A DNA stretch of 64,000 bases from NCBI GenBank assembly GCA_002633005.1, contig NMRA01000283.1:124001-188000 (forward strand). Direction: 5' to 3'. Under the pieces are notes generated by a model. That model was given only the letters and a program-made list of their open reading frames with translations. It was not told where the DNA came from and did no database searches. Positions 50,120 through 64,000 of this stretch are shown one piece after another (positions within the stretch are counted from its first letter, which is position 1; every line of letters starts with the position of its first letter). This DNA comes from Phoronis australis. Lineage: Eukaryota > Animalia > Phoronida. Position numbers and translations under genes: made by a program.

Positions 50120-52640
50120 CCATGGAGTGTGATGCCTGTATACTTCAAGGTTTATCAAACAGCACAAAATTGTGATGCCAGAACCTGAAGAAGCTTAGAG
50201 AAGCATCCTGACGAAATCTGAGGGACTGTGGAACTCTGTAGATCAGTAGATCAAAAAGATGAAGAGGTGTCACACACGTTTGTGCAGAAAACAGCTGCAT
50301 GTCCTGAGTGATACAGTATACTGTAGAAGACCAAGTGTCAGATCAAAAACTGAAAGGACATAAAAAGGCACAGCAACGTTTCAAGACACCAGCAGTAGTA
50401 CTAAACCTGAAGCTGCTGAAAATGATACAGATGTTGCCCAAAATTTTCCAAGAAAATCATAGACTTCCAAAATCTGAAACACCCAATTAACCTGAAGACG
50501 ATAGGAACATATTCTGAAACATGAGTGCATCATTTGTTAGCAAGAAAAGTATGTTATGGACTACATTTCAAGAAAGAGAAAGAATTAAAAACTTCATAGC
50601 TTCGAAAAACCGGTACATGTTTTTGAAAGATACATCTTGGTGTTTTCCAAGTGTGTTTCAGTATTATCTCCAGTTGTTTTTTTAACTTGTTCAGCCCCTT
50701 GGCTGCCTAGGCCTTAGACAATACCGCTGACCCAGTAGAGACGGTGATCATACCATGCATAGGTACTCCATATGCCGGATGCTTTTCGGCAAATTATGCA
50801 GCACATTGGTTAAACCATTAGTCATGTTCCTATAAGTTTAGAAGTACCGCGCAGAGAGATACCTCTGAGGAGGCCGTTAATGTTTTCATTTGTTCCCAGT
50901 TTAAACAAATACCCCTGCAATCCTGTTTTTCGAACACTCCCTTGTTCAGTTGCCACATCGACACTGCGTGTGCTAGGGGATAATCACATGGCGTTATCCT
51001 GTGGGTGCGAATTTAAGCACTTTTAACTCAAAATTTTTGAGAGAGTTAAATGGAGTAGATGGTTGCAACCAACATGCCCAAGTGGCCGTCATTCCCTGCC
51101 GTAATCCTGGGATCGGGGGAACCTCTTCTCAATTTTTTAAACATTAATTTCTCAGGTAGCTGCAATGGTAATTAAATTAAAGTGCCTCAGTGGCCAGCGT
51201 CCATGTCGTAATTCGAGGACGATGGAAGCCACTGTCCATATCGTCAAACGTTGATTACCTTAAGTGTAAATCGATTGACTGTGATATGANTGCTAGGGGA
51301 TAATCATATGGCGTTATCCTGTGGGTGCGATTTTAAGCACTTTTAACTCAAAATTTTTGAGAGAGTTAAATGGAGTAGATGGTTGCAACCAACATGCCCA
51401 AGTGGCCGTCATTCCCTGCCGTAATCCTGGGATCGGGGGAACCTCTTCTCAATTTTTTAAACATTAATTTCTCAGGTAGCTGCAATGGTAATTAAATTAA
51501 AGTGCCTCAGTGGCCAGCGTCCATGTCGTAATTCGAGGACGATGGAAGCCACTGTCCATATCGTCAAACGTTGATTACCTTAAGTGTAAATCGATTGACT
51601 GTGATATGAGCATCTGATTTAAAAAAAAATTCAATCGCTTCACTGGTATATTAGCTGATTTATTTTCACTTGCATTAGCCAATCTAATTATTAGACGATC
51701 AACATTTTTAGGGGCAGATCAGACGGCATGTAAATTTGTTAGGCTGGTGGTTCATCAGTTCTGGATAAGTGAGTCTGAAAAATTTGCATGCCAACTCACT
51801 CATAGTTAAACGTTAACAGAATCGGGTTTTCTCAGTTGAACTTGTACCGCAAGCAACAGCTCAGTCCAGAGCCCTGAATATACAAATGAAATTCAAAGAG
51901 AAAGACCATGTGTCTTAGAAGCCAAGTACCATAGATCATCATGCTATAAAAAACAGAAAGACAAATATTGTGAAGAGTGACGAATCCACAGTTTTCAGAG
52001 ATGTTTTTCTACAGTTCTATTTCGAGTTCCTTATATAAAAGCTTCTAACACATGGAGATGTCATTTGCCTTTCAAAACTAAAGCAAGACTTTGAAGCTGT
52101 TCTTCAGAAAGCTGGTGTGCATGAAGTTATTTGGACAGACAATTTTAAGAAACGACTGTTGAAGCTACTCACTGTTGTAGTTTGTGCCTGACTAAGAGAT
52201 ACGAGTGAATTGAGGCTAGTATTTAATAATTCACTTGCTGACTCTAATTAACACAGCCCATTATAACATATTTTGAATCAAACGTTTGCCCAAATCCTGC
52301 CGCCTCCAAACAAGAACTTAGTGTTTAACCCTTCATTGCATGCGGGCCAATCACCAGTGTGCAGTGCTCTACCCTCTCTAATCGACCATAGTTGGCTCCT
52401 TGGCAATGCCCGCAGCTCCATTGAAAGTACTAAACGATGAACACTGCAAGTGCAAAAAGAACATGTGTGCTCAGAAACTGAGTTTGTGCTGCAATGGTGG
52501 GTCAAACTGTACAGAAATGTGCAGCTGTGACAACTGTAGTAACATCAGCAACACTGACTGCATAACATTGGATAGTTCTTTGACAACTGAGGCAACCCTA
52601 AATAGACCTCCAAACCCGTTATTTCGTTTTTTGTATTAAA
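50120..52640 (+). mobile_element. Highly degraded Academ-like DNA transposase remnants
   Basis: LEAKYHRSSCYK at about 51915 (YHxxC motif) and a C-terminal CXC cluster CKCKKNMCAQK..CCNGGSNCTEMCSCDNCSN at about 52445-52545; CpG-poor segment. Confidence 0.55.
50971..51609. repeat. About 319-bp near-identical duplication around the single N at 51290
   Basis: 50971-51289 matches 51291-51609. Confidence 0.9.
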
Positions 52641-55419
52641 AAGTTAATTTTATTTGTTGATTAAGTCATAGAAAGTACATACTTTGATCATTGTCATGTA
52701 TTTGTCTCATACTGCTTAATAAACGCTGTCAGAATAATCTATTATTTTCATACAGTCTTTGTGCACATTCACAGAGATCATTCAACTATATTATTTTGTA
52801 CTATAACGTATTTCTGGTGTATTGTGCAAACAAGCTATATTTTATACCATTACTCAATGGTTCAGTCATTGAGGCACAAATTTTGCTCAAGTGTTTTGTG
52901 TTATTGTTGTTGTCAGACAATGCCATAATAACCTAGTAACATTCAGACTTAGTTTGCATTTCTTCCACTAGGTGTCACTTAACATTTTTTAAATTTCACT
53001 GTTTACAATTAGTCTACAACAGTAAAACATGTCATGTGAGTGTATTATTGTTCAATGCAATGACATCGACCATATTACTTGTTTTACAAAACTGTTGGAT
53101 TTTGTAAAATTATCACCCTCGGGGCTAACGCCCCTCGGGCAATAATTCTCCAAAATCCGCGCGGGCTCTAGATAACGGTGGATAACGACTTCGCCATGTA
53201 ATAATCTATATTTATCACACCAAGCGTCTCGAGTGAAAAGTGGTGTTTCGACTTTTGCGCGTGATCACAGATTTCGTCCATTGAGGATATGTGAAGTTGG
53301 CGATCCATGTACTATAGTCTAAAATGCTAGCCAAACCAACTCTGAATCCAAGCAGGGTTGGAAGTCTTGCAGATTTAGAGGCATACATATCGCATTCGCT
53401 TTAGCAGAGTAAATTTTACCCGTAAACGTTATTAAGAGATGCTATCAGCTCGTTATGACGACTTGAGTTACCTCGTTATAATGTGAGAGCCAAAGCGTTA
53501 TACCGAGATAGAATCTCATTGAAACGAGTCGTTTTAGCCAGATAGAATCTCGTTATAACGAGATAATCGACGATTATGTATGTTTTTCAGTTCATTCTTA
53601 ATGCCGTATTAATGCTCCGTCCGGTCCGCGACACGTGTTAGGTCAAGTAGGTCATGTTTTGAGATTTCTTTATTTAGTTGGTTGGGATGCCTGTATAAAC
53701 ATGGATTTTCGAGTACGTTACACCCACCTCAGGGTTCGTATTTTTGGAATTGTTTATAGTACGCAAATTAGGCTTAGGAAAACTACAGCATGCGTGACTT
53801 AGTGCACGTTTGAAAGCTTATAAACTCCCACAACAGAGAAATATTGACCAGTACTTGAGTGAACCAGGGTATTATGGATTAGTTTTAAGTGTACATACTC
53901 TAAGAGGTATTTTGAATGTAATCAAACGGATTTGCGATGAAAACGTTTGCGAACATGTTAGTTACAATTCACAGTTGTTCAAGGGGTGGCGGAGTCATTT
54001 ATGCATGTGGTAACGTCGTAAGGAACCTGGTGAATGTTATTTCGAATGAGCGTGGGCAGAGAATGCACTTCCACTGTGAAACTTTCGCCAAGCGTGCAGC
54101 GTCAGTTTTCACATTAAGTTTTCGGTGCAGAAAGATCTGCCCTTTCTGACACTTTTACAGAAATACTCGACGAGTGTGCTGAGTACATCAATCAAAAATT
54201 GCGAGAAAAAATCTTGTGAGTGATATTGATTTTGCGCATTTCATGCCTCAATGCCTCAAAACGTTGGCTGAATGTAGCAACAACACGTTGTGTTTTTAAA
54301 AACTATAGGTGACTTCAATCTACATATTTTCCCGATGTTACGTTTTACTTGTCACATAGCACAACTTGATACGTTCAAATATCGAAACCAAAAATTCATT
54401 TACTTTTACCCGGCTGTTCCATTACACTATCCAGAATAGGGTCAAGAAGGTGATTTACGAGTAGTCCTTGTGCAGAAACGTAGTGCGCATGTAAGGAAAT
54501 AGCTGAAACGTTGCGTAGTGGGATTGAACCGAGTAACCAAGTGTCGGCATATGGTGTGCACGAAATGAATAAAGAAAGATGAACGAAAAAAAATTGACAG
54601 AAGTAGACGTAGCAGGGGCTGTCGTAAACCATCCGTTTGAAGCATGCTTCGCTCCTGAAGACCAACCACAAGGTGTTCCACTGAAATTGGAGCCTTGTGG
54701 TGACCGGATGTTGACTTGAACTCACTAAATTTGCCTTATTACATGCTCTGTCAATGTTTGTCAATCGAAACTTCCTAACCTCTGGATTTTTCGGGAACTC
54801 GTTTTACTTCAAATGTCGCTGTTTCTTGTTGTTATAAACACATCCAGACACGCAACAGGTAAATCCGCCGACACATCCCATCACTATGTTTGCAAGCCAC
54901 CATTAACATGCAGACAACACAAAGTGGTTACTCGGATCATTGCCAAGATGTACCGTGGCACGGGCCAGTGGGCGTGGCTTTGAAATTGTCGGATCTGCAT
55001 ATTGTCTAATCTGATCTGTGCGCACACACTATGAGTCGATCGCATTCAAAGTTCTTGAACTTGATGATAAGAGACGCTCCTGGGTAGTAACCACTTCCTC
55101 AAATCGGTGTAAAATGGCGGTGAAACTCAACATAGGTGTTCTTGTTCTTCATTTATGTTGAGTTTTCAAGTTATTGTTTGGACGTGACGATGAGTGTCGG
55201 TTTGGGTGGTCCTGGTTGGACCAGCCAGCTTTCGTTGGATGTAATTCGTGTCTCTCGAAATTTCTATTAACACCCGGTTTTCTGTCTCTGACCAGCGAGG
55301 ACCAGGGAGTTTCTCTGTTGAGACCTTCTTCTATTTGAGCTCATGATTGACTTTTCTGATACGTGAACAAGTGCTACCCCTGCACAAACAACGCATTGTT
55401 GAATCCGTTCCGGTGTCCA

Positions 55420-55730
55420 CCGTACACGTGTAAACACGATTTAACCTTATTTGAGAACGGTTTGAATCTATCACTTTCCGTCGGATTCTACAGATCCGGA
55501 TCGGCCGTGTCCAAGAGGATGTAATACGGCGGTCCCATTGGACAACGCAATCTGGATTGAAGGTCTTATTTTCACCGACCTCGTCGAGAATCATGTCGGA
55601 CTACACTTGGATTCAGGCGATATAGATCCGCCGAATCCGACCGAATGTGGTTGAGTTAAACTGTTCTCGAATAGGATCCGTCTGTGCTTTGATCCGATCC
55701 TATGTGTACATACGTGTGTGGACGCCCGAC
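55420..55730. repeat. Harbinger-type MITE-like segment rich in GGATCC/CGGAT motifs
   Basis: Repeated cggatt/gatccg/aatccg motifs between gtgtaaacacg and gtgtacatacg. Confidence 0.4.
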
Positions 55731-55799
55731 CGTATTCAACACATGAAGGGCGATGTCTGCGCATTAGCATTAAAAATTTCCTTGTATTTGTTCACGTGT

Positions 55800-56375
55800 G
55801 GAACACATATCTTGTTTCATTCAGACAAGAATGAATTAATAGTGTCTGAGATTGGTGGATATGCGACAGATGGTGTGGAGACGGCAGAAGGGAAGACACG
55901 CCAATAGCTGCTTATCTCGAGTAAGGTAGCGTCATAGCAATAGGCAGCCTCTAGGTCAACAGGAAGTCGCGTCTTCTTCACCTCCGCAAAATCGTGAATG
56001 GCCAGTTATATACATGTTCCACACCCACGTCCTGGACCCATTTTCTATACCATATGTCTACGTTCTAGGCCGTAACGGTATCTTACATGACGACAACGCT
56101 CGACAACTTCGGACGTGGGTGAACAAGATGCATCAGAAATATCGGGACATCAAACGTTTTGAGTGGCTGAGAAGTACAGACCTGAACCCAACAGAGCAGC
56201 TTTGGGATCAACGCGGCCAACGCAAAGTGTGTCTTTGATCACAGCCCACACGACACAGGAAGACTTGCGTCACCTACTTGGACAGGACTTGTCAGCCACC
56301 GCCAACAGTGAATTAGGACCGTATGGTAAACAGTCTTCGGAGACGATGTAGGGTCGTGACTGATGCCGCCGGCGA
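55800..56375 (+). mobile_element. Tc1/mariner (DD34E-type) transposase remnant
   Basis: VWRR..G, ILHDDNARQL, EW..STDLNPTEQLWDQ and VNSLRRRCRVVTDAAG match Tc1 motifs (QDDNARPH, SPDLNPIEHLWD, SMRRRC.AVI.A.G); frameshifted. Confidence 0.85.
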
Positions 56376-57605
56376 CTTTCGATTTTTCTTCGCATATAAC
56401 GGCACGGCTAGCCTCCATATTGTCTGCTTCAGTTTTGATCAGCTTTCATTAATTCATTCAAACTGTAAGGTATCCCGGCAACACACTTCCCGTAATGTTT
56501 GTCACGCAAAATGGTGAAAAACAGAAACCCTTCCCAAAATAAGTGTAATAAGAACTGAAAGTTAGTGAAAATTTTCCTGAAAAGTATCTTACGCTGACAC
56601 CGTCGCCGGTCGACTTTGGGCAAGTCGACAAGTTCTCGAAATTTACAATCCGGTGCTACCTTCAAAGAGACCATCCAGTTTCAGCTGACGATTACTTCGT
56701 TCTCTGGAGATCTAACTTGAGTAAACATGCGCAAAGTAAGCAGTGGGCGCGACATAAGTAGTTACTAAAACTGGAAAGTAGTCCACAGCCAGTATTCTAC
56801 TTCATAACTTTTCTTGGTGCGCAACGTAATGGGCCAATTACCAAGGGCCGTCAGAACCAGCAGACGGTTGCAAATTGAGGAAAGCCAAGTGTCATATCGT
56901 ACAATTTTGGCGTTAGTTAACTTCAGATGACGCTGCTCAGGAGTTGCAAAGAAAATCTTGCTGAGGTGCTGGAACGACAAACACTAAAACATCAGTGACG
57001 TGCTCCGTCGGGTAAGATATCACTGGCTAGATACATGTACCTACGCGGTTTGACGCTACTATCAACGATTAGTTCCAAATGAGGCTGCTTTGTACTTACT
57101 TTTTGGAGTTTACATTCCGTAGTACGGGTTTACGTTCGTGGTCAATTGTTGCGGCGGCATTTGATAAGGGTGTGAGCCCGTAACGAGAGTAGATTTCTAC
57201 TAGCTGTGGTATTTTTAAGTTTCCATAACAGACATTATATTGGTTTGTTATAGTAGACAGGGGAAGAAACCACAGACAATTTTTATCGCATTAGTCAGCT
57301 TGTGGGCGAACCTGTTTCTAGGTACTGTTTTTTGGTCGCTTGCACTTGAATTAATTAGTAAGAGTGTCTGAGCGTGGTTCAGTGGAGTTCCGTGAGACAG
57401 CAACCGTGGTAGAGAATGTTCTGCACTCCACGATCGTCGCAAGGCCGAATGTGTGTGGCTCTGTAAATTGCTCAAACCACAGTTATTCAGAGCCCCTGGA
57501 ATTCTTTCTCGGTACTGACCGCCTAAGCAGTGATGCAAACAGACTGGGGGCGATGGAATATAATGCGAATAACTCCCAATTTTAATTGGGAGTTATTCGC
57601 ATTAA

Positions 57606-58332
57606 AATGCTCCAGAGGATGGTTAGAATCTAAAGTAGGTATTGGGTTCCTGTGTGTGTCGACTTCCTATTTATCGTAATCTATTTTGCCCGGGGTACGT
57701 CACGAGCTATGTTGCAGAGTAAAACAAGAGGAGGATTGAGAGTAATGTCATTTATTATGACGTAAATAGATAAAACTAAATAAGACTCTGCATGATGGGT
57801 ATGGACAAAACGCCCACCGGCGTGTACAATGAATAGAACTGCCTGAAGGGCCTAAAGAAAAAGTACAGAACATGAACACAAAACTTGAAAATACCTAACA
57901 GGGAGTCTGTATGAGCAAAAGAAAANTAGGACTACCTATGTGCCAAATTTGGTGAAAATCGGCTGACCCCCACCTTGCCGCTCATGGCTGGTGCTCTCGT
58001 GGACTAGTACTTAATGCTCCAGAGGATGGTTAGAATCTAAAGTAGGTATTGGGTTCCTGTGTGTGTCGACTTCCTATTTATCGTAATCTATTTTGCCCGG
58101 GGTACGTCACGAGCTATGTTGCAGAGTAAAACAAGAGGAGGATTGAGAGTAATGTCATTTATTATGACGTAAATAGATAAAACTAAATAAGACTCTGCAT
58201 GATGGGTATGGACAAAACGCCCACCGGCGTGTACAATGAATAGAACTGCCTGAAGGGCCTAAAGAAAAAGTACAGAACATGAACACAAAACTTGAAAATA
58301 CCTAACAGGGAGTCTGTATGAGCAAAAGAAAA
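57606..58332. repeat. About 320-bp duplication around the single N at 57926, with about 86 bp of unrelated sequence between the copies
   Basis: 57606-57925 matches 58013-58332. Confidence 0.9.
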
Positions 58333-60299
58333 AAGTGGAACCGACACCCGGGATGGGGGTGGGGAAAAATGCAGAGAACGAGCGTAGGTCTCGTAAACGA
58401 CGAGGTAGGTGGCTGAAGAGCTAGATCGCGTTGAACTGAACAAAGGAAATATGGGCGACCAATCAGGTGTCGCATAGAGAAATGTATGAATACAAAAGTA
58501 GGCCCTTGAGGCTATAAATAGAGATGAGTAATGAAAAATAAACCCAAAGTGTTGATATCAAAATCAAGAGAAAAATGTCAAAATAATGACGATAAATGCA
58601 TTTAACAAGTTAAATTTAATAAACAGAATTCAAATTTTTTTGTCCACTTCAGTAACTACGGTGTCTGATAATCACAGTGAACTTAATGTTACTCTTTAGT
58701 GTTAATAAATTCAAAGAACTGATCTCTTTCCATCCGTATATCGAAGTCATATAGTGTTGGAAGAACACCACAAATTCAACAGTCGTAACTAAATGAGGGC
58801 TCAGCCAGCGCCCTGTTGGAATACTGAGCCACTGCCAAAGTGAAAAGACAGTGCAGCATGGATTCCCGTTGATTGAGAGAAAGAAATAACATTCGGTCTT
58901 ACCGACTGGTTGGGAATAGTATTCAACGATTCCATTTGGTTGATGTTAAGACATTCGTAAGTATATGCCGTATATTTATAAATGCAGTTGTGGTTTCCGG
59001 TTTTGCACTTTTGATCACAAGAAAAGACTAAATCAGTGCATATTCCACACATTTGTGTTTTTACACATACAAGAGGACAAGGCGCCAAACAAAATAACAT
59101 TAACCCGATTCATCATACTTTTGTCTCGTTCCGGTTCAAAATTTACGACAAACGTCCAAACAATGGCATACGCATTGATGCCCAAACAGGTATTCTACGT
59201 GTCGTTCATTATTTCACAGGACCACTTTTCAAAATAGGTGGCGCTGTGGACAATCAGCTTTATATCCACCGACTACACCCACGCCAATGGTCACGTAACA
59301 GAATCTTCTGTGGAAATTCCTGTGACTAGCTCACCGCAACAAACCCATTACCCATATGCTATAGCTAATCTCTATATATGTTATATCACTAAACTAGCAC
59401 TTAATACGCTACACAGATACATGAACAGCTGTAATTGCATAGTATTAGTGAGTATCGTCAAATTATCTTAAATGCGGTGAATGACTTATAGCACGAATCG
59501 CCTATTACCGAGACTCAAATATAAATACGCATCGTGATAGAAACTTATAGTGGTTTTCACAAAGGTAGCAGATTTTCCGTAACAAGTTCAAACTAGTGCA
59601 TGTATATTCCAGAAAACGAAATCTTTTTCTTTTTCCAACATGGGTGTATCTACTGGCTCTAAGGTGCTCGGGCAGATAGTAACTGTCCATGTAAGTGTCA
59701 ACACACTCGATGCTGATATGAGAGCTCCCTCATAAAATGCTATATCTGATCCAATCGCGAACTAGTCACCAGCTGGTGCTATTAGAATGTGTTTATGACA
59801 GTTTTTCATGGTTTATTAGTTTAGGTATTTCCTTGTATATATTAAGTTTAAAGTTAACTATTATTGAGTGGAGACAGCATTCCTGGGACATCTGTTAACT
59901 TCTTCATGGCATAGATCGTTCATTGCATTTGTTTGTTTCATTTCCTTGTTTTCTATATATTTGACTTGTTAGACCCTCTATTAGATCAGATGTTTATAGA
60001 CTTAGTGACACTGATATCCTATAATTGTATTTTCATACTTGTAGCAGCCTAACTTTATAATCCTATCTAGCTACCCCTATTGTTAAGTCAACTTGTATTT
60101 ACAAACATCCCAGCCCAAGCTTCTTCCCCTTAGTTTTGTATTTGACGCATATTCTGATTGGTGGAATAGTGTCACTTGCAAGTTATATGTAATATCTTTA
60201 TACTATCACACCAATAGCCTTTAATACATCATATTGAACACACATGTTTTTTTCTCTTCGAAAACCAAAACGATTGGTTTTGCAAGATTAATGCCCGAA

Positions 60300-60790
60300 T
60301 GGAAGTTATGTTTTCAAACTTCTGTTTTTTGCACTTCAAATGATAGACTCAGATGGTTTCAAATGAGAATTGTTTATAGAATTTTAGCAACAAACAACTT
60401 TTTGATGCGAATTGGCATTTCTTCAACTGATCGATGTACCTGAAAGTTTAGAACATTTATTTTGAAGTTGCACTTTTGTTAAGCTTTTTTGGAAAAGAAT
60501 ACCTGAATGTTTTATTCACGCAAAAATGTCGATGTATCGATAGATTTTCAGACTGTTATATTTGGTAAAATTGGAAAAGGGAATGAACTGTTGAATCTTT
60601 TCATTCTTTTGGCCAAAAAGCATACTGTAGAAAGCTTAAAGTAGAGCATCCATCTATAAAACTTTTCAAAAAAGAATTAGAAATTTAATTCACATTTCAA
60701 AAACATAATTATTGTAAAAATGGATTAGGAGACATATTTCTCCAAACATGGTCTGGTTTTTTCCTCTTTAAAAAGAAACTACAGATAAGA
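60300..60790 (+). mobile_element. L1/Tx1-like LINE ORF2 C-terminal (zf-RVT) fragment
   Basis: RLRWFQMRIVYRILATNNFLMRIGISSTDRCT followed by the degraded motifs ESLEHLF.SC.FV..FW and NLFILLAKK. Confidence 0.8.
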
Positions 60791-63700
60791 AAAGTACATT
60801 TGGTGTTTTTAGTTTGTGATATTACGTTCTCGTTCGATGAAATGTGTGCGTGTGTGTGGGTGTGGTGAGTCATTGGGGATTTCTGTCTGTGTACTGTGTT
60901 ATTATTATTGCAATAAATGTTAAAAAAATGTTTTTCTCTTCGAACCACCTCGGGTATTATCCACACACAATATAACCCACACGTGCATTGATCGTTGGCC
61001 AAGTGCGACGGATAAGTCCGATTTATTCATACTGTGATAATTGGAGAATTGTTACAGTAATAATTATTTGGCTAATCGGAATCCAAGAATGATGACAATG
61101 CTAAATATTTGTAACATTAATTAACATGTATTTCTGTAAAAGAAAAAACGAAGTCAGGAATGAACTGAACTACAGTAGTATTTCCATAAAAATGTGTTAA
61201 ACGTTTACTATTGTAATAAATATTTATTACTGCAATAAATCAGTCACTCACAGGGACTGAATATGTAAAACATTAATAAATGAGCTAATGATAGCCAACG
61301 TTGATGTATAAAAGTTAGTACTTCTAGCTAACTGAAAACTTTTGCCATTTGCGATGCCCACGGTGGGAGGATATCAACGCTCTGCCTTGTAGTTTCTTTC
61401 GGTTGCTGATTATGGCCGATCCTGGTATCCGTAGTCTATCTGCTTAACAACGATCACTTAGTGTGATATGCAGTTTTCCAAGACAATGAATCTTCAATAT
61501 AAAACATGGAGTGCGTTGAAACTAGTAATCAATCACTTCATTTTGAAGTAAACAGGCAATCATTGGCTATTCAAAAAGGGAAGTGTGCCATCTGTTTTTC
61601 GCAACTTATTTCCAGGAAATTGAGAACAATGACAAAATTCACGCGACCGTGTACGTGTTCAGTAGTTTTCCAGAATTTGAAATACTTCCTGGAATCCATG
61701 TCTTTCGGTGAAAGAAAACGGTTCTACGAAAGTAGGCTAGTCAGAAAACGAGCCACAATATGACTGCGAGTTTCCAGTTTGAGGAACATGCCTTTTAAAT
61801 TTGACATGTTAAGGCGACTTTTTAGGTCACCTTTCAATAGATCGCTTTCAGTTGGACTGTCCAATTAATTTTCAGCAACGACAGGGACTCTTCCAGATCA
61901 CCGGAAGTAACTATGGTTTGTTCTCTACACTTAACGAATCCCATAGTTTGCTAGACAAAGCCAATATCCTAATTTATGTTTAAAGTAAATTCATTGTAGA
62001 AACTAATCTTACTCTAGTTCAATCTGTCGCATCATTTGTTTATAATAGTCTGCTGTTGTATTGACGTGTTGTAAGTCAATGTCACTTTTCACTTTTCTCC
62101 TTTCTCTTATTCTTGCGTATATTGATAACAGTTTAACATTCCTATTTATTACTGTGTGTTCATTGTCTGAAGCCCGGATATAATACTAACTTCGGTTTCA
62201 GGGCTGCATTTTATAATATTAGTATATTTTTGTGGGTCTTAATAAATTGGTAAGTGGAGTATGAGTCTGAAATGTTAAGAAAATGTCTGTATCTGTATGA
62301 TACAGTGGACTTAAACAGTCCTCTTAATAGGACATGCCTGTTTACACTGGACTCTAACAGTCCTCTCATTGGACCATCACCTGTTTACTCAATACCTAAA
62401 ATGACTCGCAGGTTACCTCAAGCACACAAGGTGACGTTTTAAACCTACCCACACCACAATGATTTCCACCTCTAAACATGTCTTCCATGGCATCATAAGT
62501 TTCAAAAAGCCAGGGGTTTTGACGAGATGTGGCAACCCATAAAAATTGGGCCATTTCAAGTCAATATTAAGTGACCCTTTTATTCCTTTTAATGGTAAAT
62601 GTCAATTGTCACCGTGACAAGGGAAACTACGAAACAAATTTGGAAGAGTTAATATTGTGATTTTTGTATTGGGCGGTAGCTGGGGCTGACATGTACCTTT
62701 AATATCCAGTCATCTGTAGCGAATAGCCACTCCTAAACTATGAATTTCGAAACTTTCTTTTTCTGGCTAGTTTTTTTTTTCTGAAAATCGTGTCCGCTTC
62801 CCGTAGCACAAAAATTTCCACGATGTATCTACTTGTATGTCAAATTGTCATAAATTTCCAACAGAACTTGCACATGTACATGCATGAAATATGTCTATTT
62901 TATTTCCGGGAACTTAGGAGCAAAACACAGTTGAGTAGTTTAGTTTGCTCTCAAGTAAAACATCTAGTGCAGCTCAAAAGATGCACTTAGCTGAAACTAA
63001 AAGGTGCGCTGCGTTGTTGCAAACGCTAGTTATTTCTACCGGAAATTAGATTTAAATGTCTGAAGTATTTTTGTCATGGAAAACTGCGAATGTCTAATGA
63101 AGCTGAGTCAATTCCCCGGATTAAAGCAACAAGATATGTTTTGGAATGCTTTTCCATGCATTTCTAATTGCTTGTGAGAGGTAGAAGCATGACCTTAAAT
63201 CAGCATTGTAGTAGGAGTGATTGTTTTGTTTACTTGTTTGTAGCAGGCTCGTGGTGTGGTTCGAATGATTTCTGAAACGACGGACCTTTGCAATCGTCGA
63301 CACTGTAGAGTTTTCGGTAAGGTCCTTGATGCAACTTAGTTAGGGGGAAGGGAAATCTGTATACATAACATTGACTCTAAGTTCTATGTTCTTGAGATGA
63401 GACAGAATTCGTAATACCAGAAATGAGGATTCTCTCAAAGAACGGGGGTCAAATTCGGATGTAATGTGGTCCAGAAACAGAACGTTCTAGCGTTACCACC
63501 TGCCAAACTTTCAAATCAGGCGTGATTAAATGAGTGGTTACACTTCATTACATACTCGTACGGAAATGTTTAGTCGGATAATGACTTGAATTTTTTCATC
63601 TGGTTGCATTTTGCGTGTTACTTAAGTTGTTTACATCGATGGAAATGGGAACAGCGCACTATTGCGAAGGCTCACTACTCTGATAGTTCATTACTCCGAA

Positions 63701-64000
63701 AATATCTAAAATTTCGGACTCGGGTGTAATTTTTATTCTTTCACATGCAAAAAATAAACAATACTTCGGTTATTAGATGCACGGAGTGGTGTACCAATAT
63801 CCAAACCAACGCCCGGATTTCATGCGCATGCGAATTTGACCGCTTGTCTTACGAATACAGAAAAATGAGTACGTATTTGCATTTTTAAAAGAATGTGAAG
63901 TAGGAATATTGATGAATAGGGCCCGGCGTCCCAGGTTACACAGCGACACGTGAGTCTCGATCCCTGTATATATCCACAACGCCGTAAACAACCGCAAAAC

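Overview
AT-rich animal (invertebrate-type, probably lophotrochozoan or deuterostome) genomic DNA with intron-containing genes, so the ORF track misses most real coding sequence. Reading splice sites by eye gives four genes. (1) The last two exons of an intracellular fatty-acid-binding protein (FABP) gene, +. (2) A complete, divergent 4-exon FABP paralog, +, 132 aa, with a TATA box. (3) A 7-exon gene, +, about 255 aa, that I do not recognise, encoding a coiled-coil protein with an acidic tail ending in the prenylation motif CCVQ. (4) A GAPR-1/GLIPR2-like CAP-domain gene, -, about 176 aa. The rest is a patchwork of TE remnants: an RNase H-bearing LINE with TSD, L1-like and CR1/L2-like fragments, a Penelope-like element with an inverted 3' duplication and hammerhead remnants, Tc1, Academ-like and P/THAP9-like transposase relics, several MITE families, a tRNA-derived element and a 56-bp minisatellite. 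Four single-N gaps are flanked by near-identical duplications that look like uncollapsed haplotypes. All calls come from manual reading; no database searches were run.
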